From Candidatus Latescibacterota bacterium (lineage in GTDB: Bacteria; Latescibacterota; UBA2968): a stretch of 64,000 bases of DNA. This document shows positions 41,236-51,400 of this stretch, piece after piece. Position 1 is the stretch's first letter. Each line of letters starts with the position of its first letter. Both the position numbers and the translations under genes were made by a program. Location of the stretch: NCBI GenBank assembly GCA_965220765.1, contig OZ244847.1, positions 640,646 through 704,645 of the forward strand, in the 5' to 3' direction. The notes under the pieces were generated by a model. That model made no database searches and was not told where the DNA came from. It worked only from the letters and a program-made list of their open reading frames with translations.

Positions 41236-41616
41236 ATGCAAAAAATCAAGCGAAATATCGCGTTGTGTTCTATCTTAAGGATGAGAGACGATTTAATTAA
41301 TAGAAAGGTACAGTCGGTGTCAACTATTCTGATCGCATATTTGTTTACAGCACTTATTTTTGGTTTTTTTCTCTATTATTTTGTTTGGCGAAATCGCTAC
41401 ATGACACAGATTCGCCTATCTGTTTACAAAGTTGAAGGGCGGGTTGTGAGTATTGAACGGGTTGTGAGAGATGTTCATGTGACTCCGCATCAGGATCTGC
41501 TGGCGTTAAAACGCATTGAGTGGAAGGTTATTTACAAAGATCGCGATGACAATCTCTGCGAGACCCGCTGCCGTGTTAGAGATGGACAACTCGACTGGCA
41601 TCCTCCGCTGTCGTGA
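41236..41616 (+). CDS. hypothetical small membrane protein (possibly DUF3592-like)
   Basis: 126 aa, one transmembrane helix. Contains the LLALKRIEW segment that is repeated at 43.29 kb. Confidence 0.3.
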   Translation: MQKIKRNIALCSILRMRDDLINRKVQSVSTILIAYLFTALIFGFFLYYFVWRNRYMTQIRLSVYKVEGRVVSIERVVRDVHVTPHQDLLALKRIEWKVIYKDRDDNLCETRCRVRDGQLDWHPPLS

Positions 41617-41621
41617 TTTTG

Positions 41622-43199
41622 TTACATGCCCCAGATATCGATCTCGATTCCACTGCTCAATGTTCGGCGATTGTGGAATACCTTGTCCGTCCAACGCCTG
41701 CCTTCACGACGGTCAAAGATCACCAGATGACCCGCCTCTGCATCACACCGATCCATGTATTCTGCGGTCTGATCCAAACCATCGGCGATGGTCTGTTTTA
41801 GGCTCTTGTGGAGTATTTTACACTCGATCACGATTTTGCGCGTCTGATCACCCTGCGGCCAGACGATCAATAGATCCGTACGCATCCGCCCAAGGCCATA
41901 CTCCCGTTCAATGCGTCCACCGCTGTTCACGATACGCTGCAAAAACGCCTGCAATAACAACTGTGGACCCGCCTCCTGGTATTGAAATCGTCTCACCCAG
42001 TGCTCTGAGTGCTCGCGGAAGAAGGTCTGGAACTCGGTCATCAGTTTGACCACATTCAGGCTACCATCGGCATTGACGTACCAGGCCGTATCCTCATTGA
42101 GTCCCACCTGGGCTGCGTAGGTCAATTCGCGGGGGACGATCTCCGCGTAGATCGGATTGGCAATGCGGAGTGGGTCGTTTGGAGCGATCAAACCCAGATC
42201 GCGCACATACTCTATGTCGCGGGTCGAGAAATCGCTGTCCTCTGATCCACTCAAAAGTGGCTCGACAACGCGACGCACGCGTTCTTCCTGCAATTTGTCG
42301 GCCAGCTGGTCAAGGTGCGTCTCACGACGCAGGATGAGTTGCTCTTGTGCATTGTGGATTGTGTCGGCAGTGATCGGAATGCCGCGGTCTTGTGCGGTTT
42401 CGCCATAGAAACAGGTTTCTTCTGCCAGTGCGTTGACCAACCACGGCTGCCCTTGCGTCTGCGTCCAGATCAGTTCCAGCGCGTCGGGGGCGAACACCTG
42501 TCCCGTCTCCTCAGTGTGTTGTCCGATCAGGGCGAGCACCTCGTCTTGCGAGAAGTCGCCCAGGCGCAGGGATCGCGCTTTGATGTTGAAGGCACTGCCT
42601 CCTGCGATGATCGCATTCTCCGCCGTTGACTGGATGCGGTAATCGCGCACATCTCGTATCCCACACAGCACCACGCTTTGTGGAAAGCCTGCCGGGCGGC
42701 GGACATAGCCTGCCCGCAACTGTCGCAACACCGACAACAGCGCGTCACCGATCAGCGCGTCGATTTCGTCAATGAGCAGTACCAGAGGTTTCGGAGTAGC
42801 CTCAGACCAGCGCGTCAATGCCTCGCGCAGGGCACCGTGGGGGCCGTACTTTACCAGGATGTCGAGCCAAATCTCGTCCAGAAACTCGTCGCTCAGTGTT
42901 GAACGCGCCCAGGAAGCCAGTTCACCCAGGATCGTGCGCATCACTTGTTCCACATCTTCGCGTGCTGCCTGTCCGCCTTCGACGTTGACATACACGCAAC
43001 GGTAGTCGCCTTCGGCGTTGAGGAGTTCGCGCAGGGCCAGTAGTGCAGAGGTCTTGCCCGTTTGCCGGGGCGCGTGCAAGACGAAATAGCGTTTGTCGCG
43101 GATAAACCGGCGAACCTCAGTTAGGTTGAGCCGCTCCAGAGGCGGGATGCAATAGTGATCCGCAGCTACTACGGGTCCGGTGGTATTAAAAAAACGCAT
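41622..43199 (-). CDS. AAA-ATPase with C-terminal PD-(D/E)XK nuclease-like domain
   Basis: 525 aa. N-terminal P-loop LHAPRQTGKTS and the conserved architecture of the predicted-AAA-ATPase/PDDEXK family. Higher GC than the surrounding 43-64 kb. Confidence 0.7.
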   Translation of the reverse strand: MRFFNTTGPVVAADHYCIPPLERLNLTEVRRFIRDKRYFVLHAPRQTGKTSALLALRELLNAEGDYRCVYVNVEGGQAAREDVEQVMRTILGELASWARSTLSDEFLDEIWLDILVKYGPHGALREALTRWSEATPKPLVLLIDEIDALIGDALLSVLRQLRAGYVRRPAGFPQSVVLCGIRDVRDYRIQSTAENAIIAGGSAFNIKARSLRLGDFSQDEVLALIGQHTEETGQVFAPDALELIWTQTQGQPWLVNALAEETCFYGETAQDRGIPITADTIHNAQEQLILRRETHLDQLADKLQEERVRRVVEPLLSGSEDSDFSTRDIEYVRDLGLIAPNDPLRIANPIYAEIVPRELTYAAQVGLNEDTAWYVNADGSLNVVKLMTEFQTFFREHSEHWVRRFQYQEAGPQLLLQAFLQRIVNSGGRIEREYGLGRMRTDLLIVWPQGDQTRKIVIECKILHKSLKQTIADGLDQTAEYMDRCDAEAGHLVIFDRREGRRWTDKVFHNRRTLSSGIEIDIWGM

Positions 43200-43480
43200 C
43201 GCTGGATCTCCCTGTCCCAGGCATCAGTTACTCTGAATATATAATATTGCGACAGAAAGACAAAAAAATCCGGATGACTCAGTATCCGGATATGTTGGCA
43301 TTAAAACGCATCGCGTGGCAGTACTTTAATGACAATCATTTTTTGCGCTTTCGGCCAATCCCCCTCATCGGAAACAATAACCTTTTGTGGTTCATAATTA
43401 CCTTCTTCCTTTATCATTCGCATGGACGAGTCCGAGCGCATCCGCCGCCAGTTTGGGTTCCCATCTCAAATTTAACGCCT

Positions 43481-44221
43481 TCAATTTTCTTGTTTCTTCG
43501 CAATGCATATAAAGTTTTCCGTCCAAATATCCTGACGTTTACCCGAACTGATTCTTCGCATCATATTCAACCCTATCTTTAATACGTGCCAAAGCATGTA
43601 TCTCATTTTGCTTTTCAAACCCCTGCCTGGAAATATAGACTCTTTCACACCCACAATTTCAAATCCTGTAAATCTCAAAAGTTGCCTCAAAGACTGTGGC
43701 GTTAATATGGTCATGTGAGTCAGATCACCATAGATTATTTGACTTGCAAACATTCCTTGTCCGTTAGGGGTTCGCAAAATTAAATGGCCGTTTTTATTCA
43801 GAATTTCTTTGATGCTATAAAGAAGCTGGATTAATTCCTGACGTGTAAAGTGTTCGACAAAATCAATAGCGAGAATCAGATCATACGCCTGATGGTATGC
43901 TTGAAGAAAATCAAATACATCCGAGTGATAGACCTGTAATCCGTATCGCTTTGCAGCGATAACCTGTTCTTCTGAGGTGTCAATACCCTCTGCACTTGAA
44001 AATCCTTGCTTACTCAAAAAATCAAGCACCTCACCTCGACCACAGCCTAATTCTAAAATACGGCTTTGTTTGGATAATTTTTCCAATAAGGGCTGAAGAT
44101 TTTGTTCACACCAGTTATGCAGGATAGCTTGTTTTTTCTCCCAGGTTCCATCGTCCTTAAACGTTGACAGATATCGGTCGTATAAAGCCTGTCTAAACTG
44201 TGTCATCATGTGATCAGCCAT
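43481..44221 (-). CDS. class I SAM-dependent methyltransferase
   Basis: 246 aa. ILELGCGRGE motif I. Confidence 0.8.
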   Translation of the reverse strand: MADHMMTQFRQALYDRYLSTFKDDGTWEKKQAILHNWCEQNLQPLLEKLSKQSRILELGCGRGEVLDFLSKQGFSSAEGIDTSEEQVIAAKRYGLQVYHSDVFDFLQAYHQAYDLILAIDFVEHFTRQELIQLLYSIKEILNKNGHLILRTPNGQGMFASQIIYGDLTHMTILTPQSLRQLLRFTGFEIVGVKESIFPGRGLKSKMRYMLWHVLKIGLNMMRRISSGKRQDIWTENFICIAKKQEN

Positions 44222-45211
44222 TTATTTTGTTAGCTCTTGCATAATCATATCCGTCGTATCGTCCCAACCTGCATTCTGTTGTGAAAAGTCCTTTTCTGCC
44301 CAAAGCATTCTTTCTAAAGTCGATATAATCTCGGGCGCGTCTGGGCAACTCAACCGACCGAGGCTAATCAACTCCCTATTGATTTTCATGTCTCGACCAC
44401 CAATATATATAGCTGGCGTACCAAGCAAAGCAGCCTCTCTTGCAACAGTATCTCCAGACGAGATCACACATTTGGCATAGTATAATAAGGTATGCATTTC
44501 ACTTGTAGATTCCGGTAAGACATATATGTTATCAAATTCCGAAATTTGGGTAGCTCCTTCTTCAACAGAAGCGATTACAGAAAATTTATTCTGATATAAA
44601 TAATTCAATATCCCTTTCATATTTTGACTTGAATCGTCAGACCAGTAATCCAAACTTATATGTGCAATTTGTCTTATAAAAACGTACTTCTTTTTTTGAA
44701 CGCCATACTTTTTTAGAATTTCTTTTGCAGGCTCAAAACGGTTGAGATACGCGAGTTCCTTATACCCATTGAAAGTACCAATATTCTTTCCCTTGATTCC
44801 CAGAAGCTGTGGAATAATAAATTTTGAAGAGAATTTTCGGCACAAAAAAAATAAAAGTTTGTATTCGGCATTGTCATAAAAAACCACTGACCTCTTGCCC
44901 ATAATCCAACAAGCAATTGAAACGTAAAATCCCCCATGGCTTGTTGCGACATCGTAAGGATTCTTCCACCCTTCCCAAATCAGATAGGCTATGCGGTGAA
45001 ATAAGCCGAACAGTTTGCCAATACGCGATCCATAATGCCTACCAATAACCTTAATGGGAACATTGAGCTCTTTCTTAGCAAAATCGACCAAATCCCCTCT
45101 ATGTCTAATCAGGACAGTTACATCATGTTCAGCCTGTAGATTCCGAATGGTTTTCTTGTAGAAATTTAGATGGGCTGGATGTAAAATATCAAATAGAATA
45201 CGCATCTTCAC
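44222..45211 (-). CDS. DUF354-family protein (GT-B / UDP-GlcNAc-2-epimerase-like fold, putative glycosyltransferase)
   Basis: 329 aa. N-terminus MKMRILFDILHPAHLNFYK..HDVTVLIRHRGD matches the DUF354 signature. Confidence 0.6.
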   Translation of the reverse strand: MKMRILFDILHPAHLNFYKKTIRNLQAEHDVTVLIRHRGDLVDFAKKELNVPIKVIGRHYGSRIGKLFGLFHRIAYLIWEGWKNPYDVATSHGGFYVSIACWIMGKRSVVFYDNAEYKLLFFLCRKFSSKFIIPQLLGIKGKNIGTFNGYKELAYLNRFEPAKEILKKYGVQKKKYVFIRQIAHISLDYWSDDSSQNMKGILNYLYQNKFSVIASVEEGATQISEFDNIYVLPESTSEMHTLLYYAKCVISSGDTVAREAALLGTPAIYIGGRDMKINRELISLGRLSCPDAPEIISTLERMLWAEKDFSQQNAGWDDTTDMIMQELTK

Positions 45212-45243
45212 CTGCCGTATAGATTGGTGTATAAAAAGACAAT

Positions 45244-45978
45244 CTATTGATCTCGCAGTCCAAAACCACGCGCAGTTTTTTTAGCTTCTTCAGACTTTTT
45301 GTAATGAACCTCTGGTGCGTGGCTATGCTGTAAATCATCAGCCTGAATGTTAGGAATATTTTCCACATTGACCCGCCTGAGCCATCTTCTAACTGTCCAG
45401 TTGTAAATCTCGCGTAATAGACTGTACATCAAATAGACGACTGTCGATACAATGATTTGAACATCGAGTTTCACAGATTTGTTGTTGATATAGTAACAGT
45501 CACAAGATAGGCCAAGACTGCGGTCTGTATTCTCAGGATCAATAATTTGAGAGATGCCAGTAAGGCCGGGTAAAGTTTGGTATCGGCGTTCAAAGTTTGG
45601 GATATTTTTCATATAAAAATTGTGTAGTGGTTCTCTGATCGGCCTCGGTCCTACAAAATCCATATCCCCCTTGATGATATTCCAAAGCTGAGGTATTTCG
45701 TCAATCTTTGACATCCTGAGCAGGCGTCCGCTTTTTGTCGTATATTTTTCCTTATCTACAAAGAGATCATTTTGATCTGTTTTTTTACAATCAATCATTG
45801 TTTTAAGTTTATAAATGGTAAACGTTCTTAAGTTTTTTCCCACCCGGATTTGTTTGAACAAGCATCTATCCCGAGTCTCTATCCAGATCAATATGATACC
45901 CAGGATCGCGAGCGGTAATAGTAAGAAGAGAAGACTCAGAGCACACAGTACTCTTAATATTTTATTCAAACGGCTCAT
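45244..45978 (-). CDS. initiating sugar-phosphate transferase (bacterial sugar transferase, WbaP/PglC-like)
   Basis: 244 aa. One N-terminal transmembrane helix. FVGPRP...PGLTGISQI motifs. Confidence 0.85.
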   Translation of the reverse strand: MSRLNKILRVLCALSLLFLLLPLAILGIILIWIETRDRCLFKQIRVGKNLRTFTIYKLKTMIDCKKTDQNDLFVDKEKYTTKSGRLLRMSKIDEIPQLWNIIKGDMDFVGPRPIREPLHNFYMKNIPNFERRYQTLPGLTGISQIIDPENTDRSLGLSCDCYYINNKSVKLDVQIIVSTVVYLMYSLLREIYNWTVRRWLRRVNVENIPNIQADDLQHSHAPEVHYKKSEEAKKTARGFGLRDQ

Positions 45979-45981
45979 TTC

Positions 45982-47250
45982 CTAAACCTGATTGACGAGT
46001 ATGTCAAGGGTATGAGCGAGCTGTTTTGCTAACTGTTTTCGCTCAAACGCCCAGAGTCGCCTATTGTTTTGCATCTTACAATCCGAAATCTGGCGATTTT
46101 GCACTAAATTTGAAATATGACACGCTATCTGCCCGGGATCTCGACTTGCAAAACAGAAACCCGGGTTTACTCGTTCTATAATCTGTACAGCGTCTGAATC
46201 CTGGTCTGCTATTGCCAGTATTGGTCGGTTGGCTCTTAAGTACTCAAAAATTTTGCTGGGAATCCACTGTTTATCTGGAACAGAAAAAGTCAATACCTCA
46301 GCTCCCAATATGTACTGCAAACATTCTCTGTGTGGTATTTGTGAGATGATATGCACACAAGGTTCTAACTCGTATTTCTTTATCGTATCTCGGGTAAATG
46401 CGTCTTGCCTTCCCAAGAGGACCAATTGAATTTTTTGTCGCAGTTTTGGACATGTTCGCAGCAGCACACCCAATGCTTCGAACATTGGCAGGGGAGACAA
46501 TTCTTTAAAAAGTGATCCGGCATATAAAAAAGTGAATTTGGAAAATACATGAGGCGTTAGATCTTTGAAGTCTTCTTCATCAAATCCATTCGTCAAAACT
46601 TGCGACTTTCCCTCTATATCAGGCTCAAAACTTCGGAGGATACCAGGCCAAGCAGCAAGAATGCGATCTGAATCGCGGAGCACAATTTTCTGTAAATACT
46701 TCTCGAACTGTTCAAGAGGCTGGATGCGTTTGGGACGGTGTTGTTTCTCGATCCAGGGATCCCTGAAATCAGCTATCCAGGGACGCTTATATTTTAGATG
46801 GAGCGTTCTTCCAATGAGATGTGAGGTCTCACGAGGAGATGTAGAATAGATCGCGTCTATATTCTCCACCTGGAAAATCTCTCTTGCCTTACGAACTCCC
46901 GTAAAATACCAGGCAACATATTGATCAGGCACGAATAAGGATCGGATTAAAGAAGCCAGGGGATTTTTAGATAATGAAAAAGACCCTTGTTTTGCCCGTC
47001 CACCTATGAGTCTGTAAAAGTCATATAGGGAAGGAGCATTTACCCGATAAATGCTTAAATCTTCCGGAATGCCATCTAATAGTTTTTCATCCACAGCGTC
47101 TAAATGATTTTCTGACCGTTTGCAAGTCAGAACAACTGGTCGCCATCCAAAATCCTGAATATACTTCACGAATTTGGTAACCCTCAGAACTCCAACACCA
47201 TTAAAAGGAGGAAATTTTTGTGTGATTATCAAAACTGTCTTCAAAATCAT
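45982..47250 (-). CDS. glycosyltransferase (GT-B, probable GT4)
   Basis: 422 aa. GT-B N-terminal pattern and C-terminal sugar-donor binding region. Weaker motif match than the next GT4. Confidence 0.5.
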   Translation of the reverse strand: MILKTVLIITQKFPPFNGVGVLRVTKFVKYIQDFGWRPVVLTCKRSENHLDAVDEKLLDGIPEDLSIYRVNAPSLYDFYRLIGGRAKQGSFSLSKNPLASLIRSLFVPDQYVAWYFTGVRKAREIFQVENIDAIYSTSPRETSHLIGRTLHLKYKRPWIADFRDPWIEKQHRPKRIQPLEQFEKYLQKIVLRDSDRILAAWPGILRSFEPDIEGKSQVLTNGFDEEDFKDLTPHVFSKFTFLYAGSLFKELSPLPMFEALGVLLRTCPKLRQKIQLVLLGRQDAFTRDTIKKYELEPCVHIISQIPHRECLQYILGAEVLTFSVPDKQWIPSKIFEYLRANRPILAIADQDSDAVQIIERVNPGFCFASRDPGQIACHISNLVQNRQISDCKMQNNRRLWAFERKQLAKQLAHTLDILVNQV

Positions 47251-47255
47251 ACCTC

Positions 47256-48311
47256 CTAAATAAATTGATCGTGACCCGTATTTTCTAATTTCTTAATGTC
47301 ATAGATTTCTGTCACATCGGGGAATGGCAAAAACTCCCAATTATATCCACCATCTGTTAATTTTGGCGGTTGTCTCGCATACCATAGCCCAGCCTCTCTC
47401 CATTTCTTTTTTGCGGTAGAATGATTTTTGGTTGTACTCGCACCTGCAACGATTTTATTATCATCTACATGCAATCCGCGTATATATCCGCCGGGAAGTT
47501 GTGCCACATGCTCAATTTTTCCACTGTTTGATATCCGACATATCCTGTGATCAACAGATTCACAGACATAGAACCAATTGTCAAAAAACTGAATGCTGTG
47601 AGGGTGAATTATGCTTTTATATATGATTTCATAGCGAACAGGCTCTCGCTGTTGAGATAAATTGTGTTGTGCTTGTATATCCTCCCATTGAATTAAAACC
47701 AGAACACCATCAAGCATTTCGCTCCATCGTTTTTTTGAATTTATATCTCGGCCTTTTAGTGAAAACATGGTCATATACAAACCATTGGGCGCAGGATAGA
47801 TCGAGTTTACATGTCGCAGATCGTCATCATGAGTGTCGATATATATAAATCCCAAAGGGTGTAATATTCTTTCTTGCTCGACTTGAAACATAGCGATACA
47901 GTTGTACCGAGACATGACAACATATAGAACGTTTTGGTAAATACTCAAGTCGTGCAAATCCAGTGACATTCTACGCAGGGGAAGCCTGGGCAAAAGACGC
48001 TCAAGACCGCGCGTTATTTTTCTCACGAATGCCGAAGAGGAATCAGGCCCAATGACCAGGTTTCGAAAGAAAATATTGCGCCTGAGTTTCGCGTGTAGTC
48101 CTTCGGCGGCAATTCGGTATTTGTGATTAATTTTAAAATTCCTGTCCAATCGTATTAAATTGCCATTGCAGGCAACCCAGGCACCATTTTCACAAAGCCC
48201 AATTCCCCGCGAATTCCCCGCAAAAATAGGCCATATTTTTTTTTCTTCTAAATCGACCAAAAAGATGCGCCCATTCGATCCACAGGAAGAAATCAGGTAC
48301 AGGGATTTCAT
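47256..48311 (-). CDS. hypothetical protein in glycan cluster
   Basis: 351 aa, no recognisable catalytic motifs. Operonic spacing with the flanking glycosyltransferases. Confidence 0.4.
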   Translation of the reverse strand: MKSLYLISSCGSNGRIFLVDLEEKKIWPIFAGNSRGIGLCENGAWVACNGNLIRLDRNFKINHKYRIAAEGLHAKLRRNIFFRNLVIGPDSSSAFVRKITRGLERLLPRLPLRRMSLDLHDLSIYQNVLYVVMSRYNCIAMFQVEQERILHPLGFIYIDTHDDDLRHVNSIYPAPNGLYMTMFSLKGRDINSKKRWSEMLDGVLVLIQWEDIQAQHNLSQQREPVRYEIIYKSIIHPHSIQFFDNWFYVCESVDHRICRISNSGKIEHVAQLPGGYIRGLHVDDNKIVAGASTTKNHSTAKKKWREAGLWYARQPPKLTDGGYNWEFLPFPDVTEIYDIKKLENTGHDQFI

Positions 48312-49456
48312 ACCCTGATCTCTTCTATAATGGCAATCATACGTTCCGTTGAGGCGGTCCAGTTCAGTTCTCTTTCAACTCTTAATCGACCAGCCCTTCC
48401 TTGTGCCATAGCGAACTCTGGGTTTTCGAGATATTGGATGAGCGTATCAGCACAATCGTCAACAGAAAATGGATCAATAACAGATCCTGTCTGACCATGT
48501 AAAACAGCGTCTTCAACGCCACCTGACTTGCCACCAATAACCGGTGTTGCGCATGCATTTGCTTCGAGGAAGGCGATGCCAAAGCCTTCGACCTGACAAA
48601 AATTTTCCACAGCTTGCGAAAGCATAATGAATATATCTGCAAGGTTGTAATAGTCTCTCAGGTCACTATCTGTCACAAAACCCGTGAAGATAACGTATGG
48701 TTCCAGATTCAAATCTTTGACTAATTCTTTCAGGTAATCCCGATGGTGTCCTGTGCCTGCAATGAGGTACTTGATCTGTGGGATTTGGCGACAAACCTTC
48801 GGCAAGGCGCGAATTACAGTCTCATGGCCCTTATGTGGTACAAGTCGAGATACTGACAGGATCACCTTGTGGTCTTTCAGCCCATATTTTCGAAGCAAAT
48901 CATTTGGTTTCTGAGTAGGATAAAAATCTTTGGGATCTACAGCGGGATTTACGATATGTGTTTTCCCCATCGAAAGCCCCATCTTTTGCAAAAGCGACTT
49001 CGTATAAGCACTGTTTGGGAATATGCCATCAGATGCTTGCAAAACTTTGTATCTGAGAAATCCTAACCGCTGCCATATACGATGTTTCCATGTGAGATTT
49101 GTATCCTGAAGTTCGGTTCCGTGGGCGATTGTGAAATATTGGAATGCCATTAGATGTCGAATTAGATAGGTATGGATGCCAGACCGCCATTCACCATTGA
49201 TCACCACATCAATTCTTTCACTGAGCGCGTAATAGAATAATCTCAGGGTCCAGATGGGAGTCCAAAAGAGGCGTTGAGGAATGCGTTTTGTTATAAAAGG
49301 CTGTTTTCTATCAAAGGCTTTGCATCCTTCGCAGTACGAAGCGACCACACAAATAGAGTGTCCTTGCGAAACCATTTCTAATGCCAGATGATGGAGATAT
49401 GTCTCAATACCACCTTCTTTGGGACGATAATTTCGGGATGTAATTAGAATACGCAT
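48308..49456 (-). CDS. glycosyltransferase family 4
   Basis: 382 aa. EGFGIAFLEA...PVIG..GG motifs of GT4 retaining glycosyltransferases. Confidence 0.85.
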   Translation of the reverse strand: MRILITSRNYRPKEGGIETYLHHLALEMVSQGHSICVVASYCEGCKAFDRKQPFITKRIPQRLFWTPIWTLRLFYYALSERIDVVINGEWRSGIHTYLIRHLMAFQYFTIAHGTELQDTNLTWKHRIWQRLGFLRYKVLQASDGIFPNSAYTKSLLQKMGLSMGKTHIVNPAVDPKDFYPTQKPNDLLRKYGLKDHKVILSVSRLVPHKGHETVIRALPKVCRQIPQIKYLIAGTGHHRDYLKELVKDLNLEPYVIFTGFVTDSDLRDYYNLADIFIMLSQAVENFCQVEGFGIAFLEANACATPVIGGKSGGVEDAVLHGQTGSVIDPFSVDDCADTLIQYLENPEFAMAQGRAGRLRVERELNWTASTERMIAIIEEIRV

Positions 49457-49459
49457 GTG

Positions 49460-50536
49460 CTACTGACCACTTAGCATCCTGTAGATTGATCTTAAAATTT
49501 GTTCTTCATCATCCGCAATGCGGAGAAACTGATCCTGCAAGTCGGTCAATATTTTATCATCCTTTGTCATATAAATTCTGGTGAATGACCGGGCAATGAG
49601 CATCCATTGTTTTGATATGGATTCCCACTGGTGTTCTATGCGATGAAGATCAGAGGTACAACCTTCCACTTTTAAGCCAGAACAGACAGCCATAAATTCC
49701 GATCTTTCCTGGTTCAACATAAGTGCTTCGCTACAGGCTTTTCTCGCTTGTCGCTCAAGCACATCTGGAGATTCTTGAATCCACAAAGGAAGAGCGGCTG
49801 CAAAGTTGCGAATGCCTTGCGGCCCTGCAATAACAGATAATGGCGGCAAATCTCGAGATGACTGGTTTCTTAAATATTTCCAATAGACCTTTTGAATGAG
49901 CCGCTTTAGTTTTTTTGATGAATAGAGATTGTTCTCAACTTTGTTTTTTAACAACCGAATCAGGGTTTTAGTCTCAGGGATACGACAACTCTCTGGCACA
50001 TGAAAATCATGGAATTGTTTATGGGCCAAATGGCTCCCTACAAACTCAATGGGCATCCATTGAAAAGGCCGCGCACCATTACTCACCATCAGAATAGTGT
50101 CTCGGGCATCATCAATACCACATCCAACATAAGTCGCGTGATCAGAACCATCATCGGAATAGCTGTTGCGATTTTTTGCTGCAATCCACAATAGCAATGG
50201 CCGGTTATTCTGTATTAAAATAGTGATGTGTTTGCGAAACTCTGAAGGGGTTGAGCAGATAATTGGTTCTATTCGCACATTGAAAAGCTCACGCAAATTA
50301 TGGAATACACGCCCCCGGGTATAAGCATGACGAAAGGTATTTGAGGTAGGAAAGTGCCAAAAAGACCATCCCAACTTGAGCAACTCAAAAGTTTGTAAAT
50401 TTTCAAAAAGCGGATCATGATAGGCCAAAATATTCATGACATGCCCAATGCAAAACATATACTGATTGCCAGCGGTTCCATCAGGCCCGGGGTATGGTTT
50501 TACTCTGTCTATTATACAGTTCATTTTATTATGCAA
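49460..50536 (-). CDS. hypothetical protein (possibly BtrH_N/DUF4872-like papain-fold acyltransferase)
   Basis: 358 aa. Weak resemblance only. Confidence 0.3.
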   Translation of the reverse strand: MHNKMNCIIDRVKPYPGPDGTAGNQYMFCIGHVMNILAYHDPLFENLQTFELLKLGWSFWHFPTSNTFRHAYTRGRVFHNLRELFNVRIEPIICSTPSEFRKHITILIQNNRPLLLWIAAKNRNSYSDDGSDHATYVGCGIDDARDTILMVSNGARPFQWMPIEFVGSHLAHKQFHDFHVPESCRIPETKTLIRLLKNKVENNLYSSKKLKRLIQKVYWKYLRNQSSRDLPPLSVIAGPQGIRNFAAALPLWIQESPDVLERQARKACSEALMLNQERSEFMAVCSGLKVEGCTSDLHRIEHQWESISKQWMLIARSFTRIYMTKDDKILTDLQDQFLRIADDEEQILRSIYRMLSGQ

Positions 50537-50578
50537 TCATCATGCGTATGAGAAAAAAATCTGGTGATCAATGTGAGA

Positions 50579-51238
50579 CTATTCTCTGTTTTTAGGAAAC
50601 TCAGGAGTGAAAATAAATTTCACATAAATGTAGGCAATGATTTCGCCTATAATCGACCTGAACCCTGCACTTGAATCATACCAGTAATCGGGATCGTAGT
50701 TATAGGGAGGAACAGCTATAACGCCTACTTTTGACACGCCATCAAGAGCGATTTTAAATAAAATAAACGAGCGCCGGGCATGATGACCTCTGGTAACTAT
50801 ATCAACTTTTTTTTCTTTTTGATTCGCATCGCGTAGCCAGTGACGAAGTCCTAATGCGGAATTGAAAGTACGATCTCGTTCAAACTTCCCATTCGGCATG
50901 TCGCGAACGGCCACCTTGACAAGATCAGGATCAATTTGCCATTCTGAGACAAGAACCTTCGCAGTGTTATAGGCAAAATGACCTCCCGTCACCACTATCT
51001 GAGCGTATTTGCCAGTTCTGTAAATTTGTAATGCTGATCTGAGTTCTTCGGCGTGCAACCATCCCTCTACTACCATAATGTCGCCATGTAACGGTTTGCT
51101 TATCGCAAAAAAGGGATATGCATAGATAGCAATGACTCCGCTTCCCAAAAAAATAAAAATCAAAAAAATGGTCGCTTGCTTAAATACTTTGTACAAAATC
51201 GTCCTGAAAATTCTCTTAAACTTATTATTCATAATCAT
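50579..51238 (-). CDS. DUF218 (YdcF/SanA/ElyC-like) membrane-anchored protein
   Basis: 219 aa. N-terminal transmembrane helix. VVTGGHFAYN core resembles the DUF218 VVSGG motif. Confidence 0.65.
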   Translation of the reverse strand: MIMNNKFKRIFRTILYKVFKQATIFLIFIFLGSGVIAIYAYPFFAISKPLHGDIMVVEGWLHAEELRSALQIYRTGKYAQIVVTGGHFAYNTAKVLVSEWQIDPDLVKVAVRDMPNGKFERDRTFNSALGLRHWLRDANQKEKKVDIVTRGHHARRSFILFKIALDGVSKVGVIAVPPYNYDPDYWYDSSAGFRSIIGEIIAYIYVKFIFTPEFPKNRE

Positions 51239-51310
51239 CTCATTTGGGATTTATTGACGTTGGTGAGTGGTCATACGATGTATTTCACCACGAACAGAAT
51301 TGATTAATCC

Positions 51311-51385
51311 CACATTCCCATAAACTTGAGCTTTGAACTGCTGCCTACCGCCGACACGCGACTTGCCAGGGTCTGTCAGTGGATT
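51311..51385 (+). repeat. repeat module copy 1 (5'-truncated)
   Basis: cacattccca-taaacttgagctttgaactgctg-cctaccgccgacacgcgacttgccagggtctgtcagtgg, shared with copies at 54.2, 60.0 and 63.4 kb. Confidence 0.8.
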
Positions 51386-51400
51386 TTGTCTGGGAATACT

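Noticed and set aside
43247-43582. 111-aa plus-strand ORF downstream of the ATPase gene
   Set aside because: It overlaps the methyltransferase gene on the other strand. Only its first about 30 codons (the MLALKRIAW segment) look protein-like. It is treated as a duplicated fragment, not a gene.
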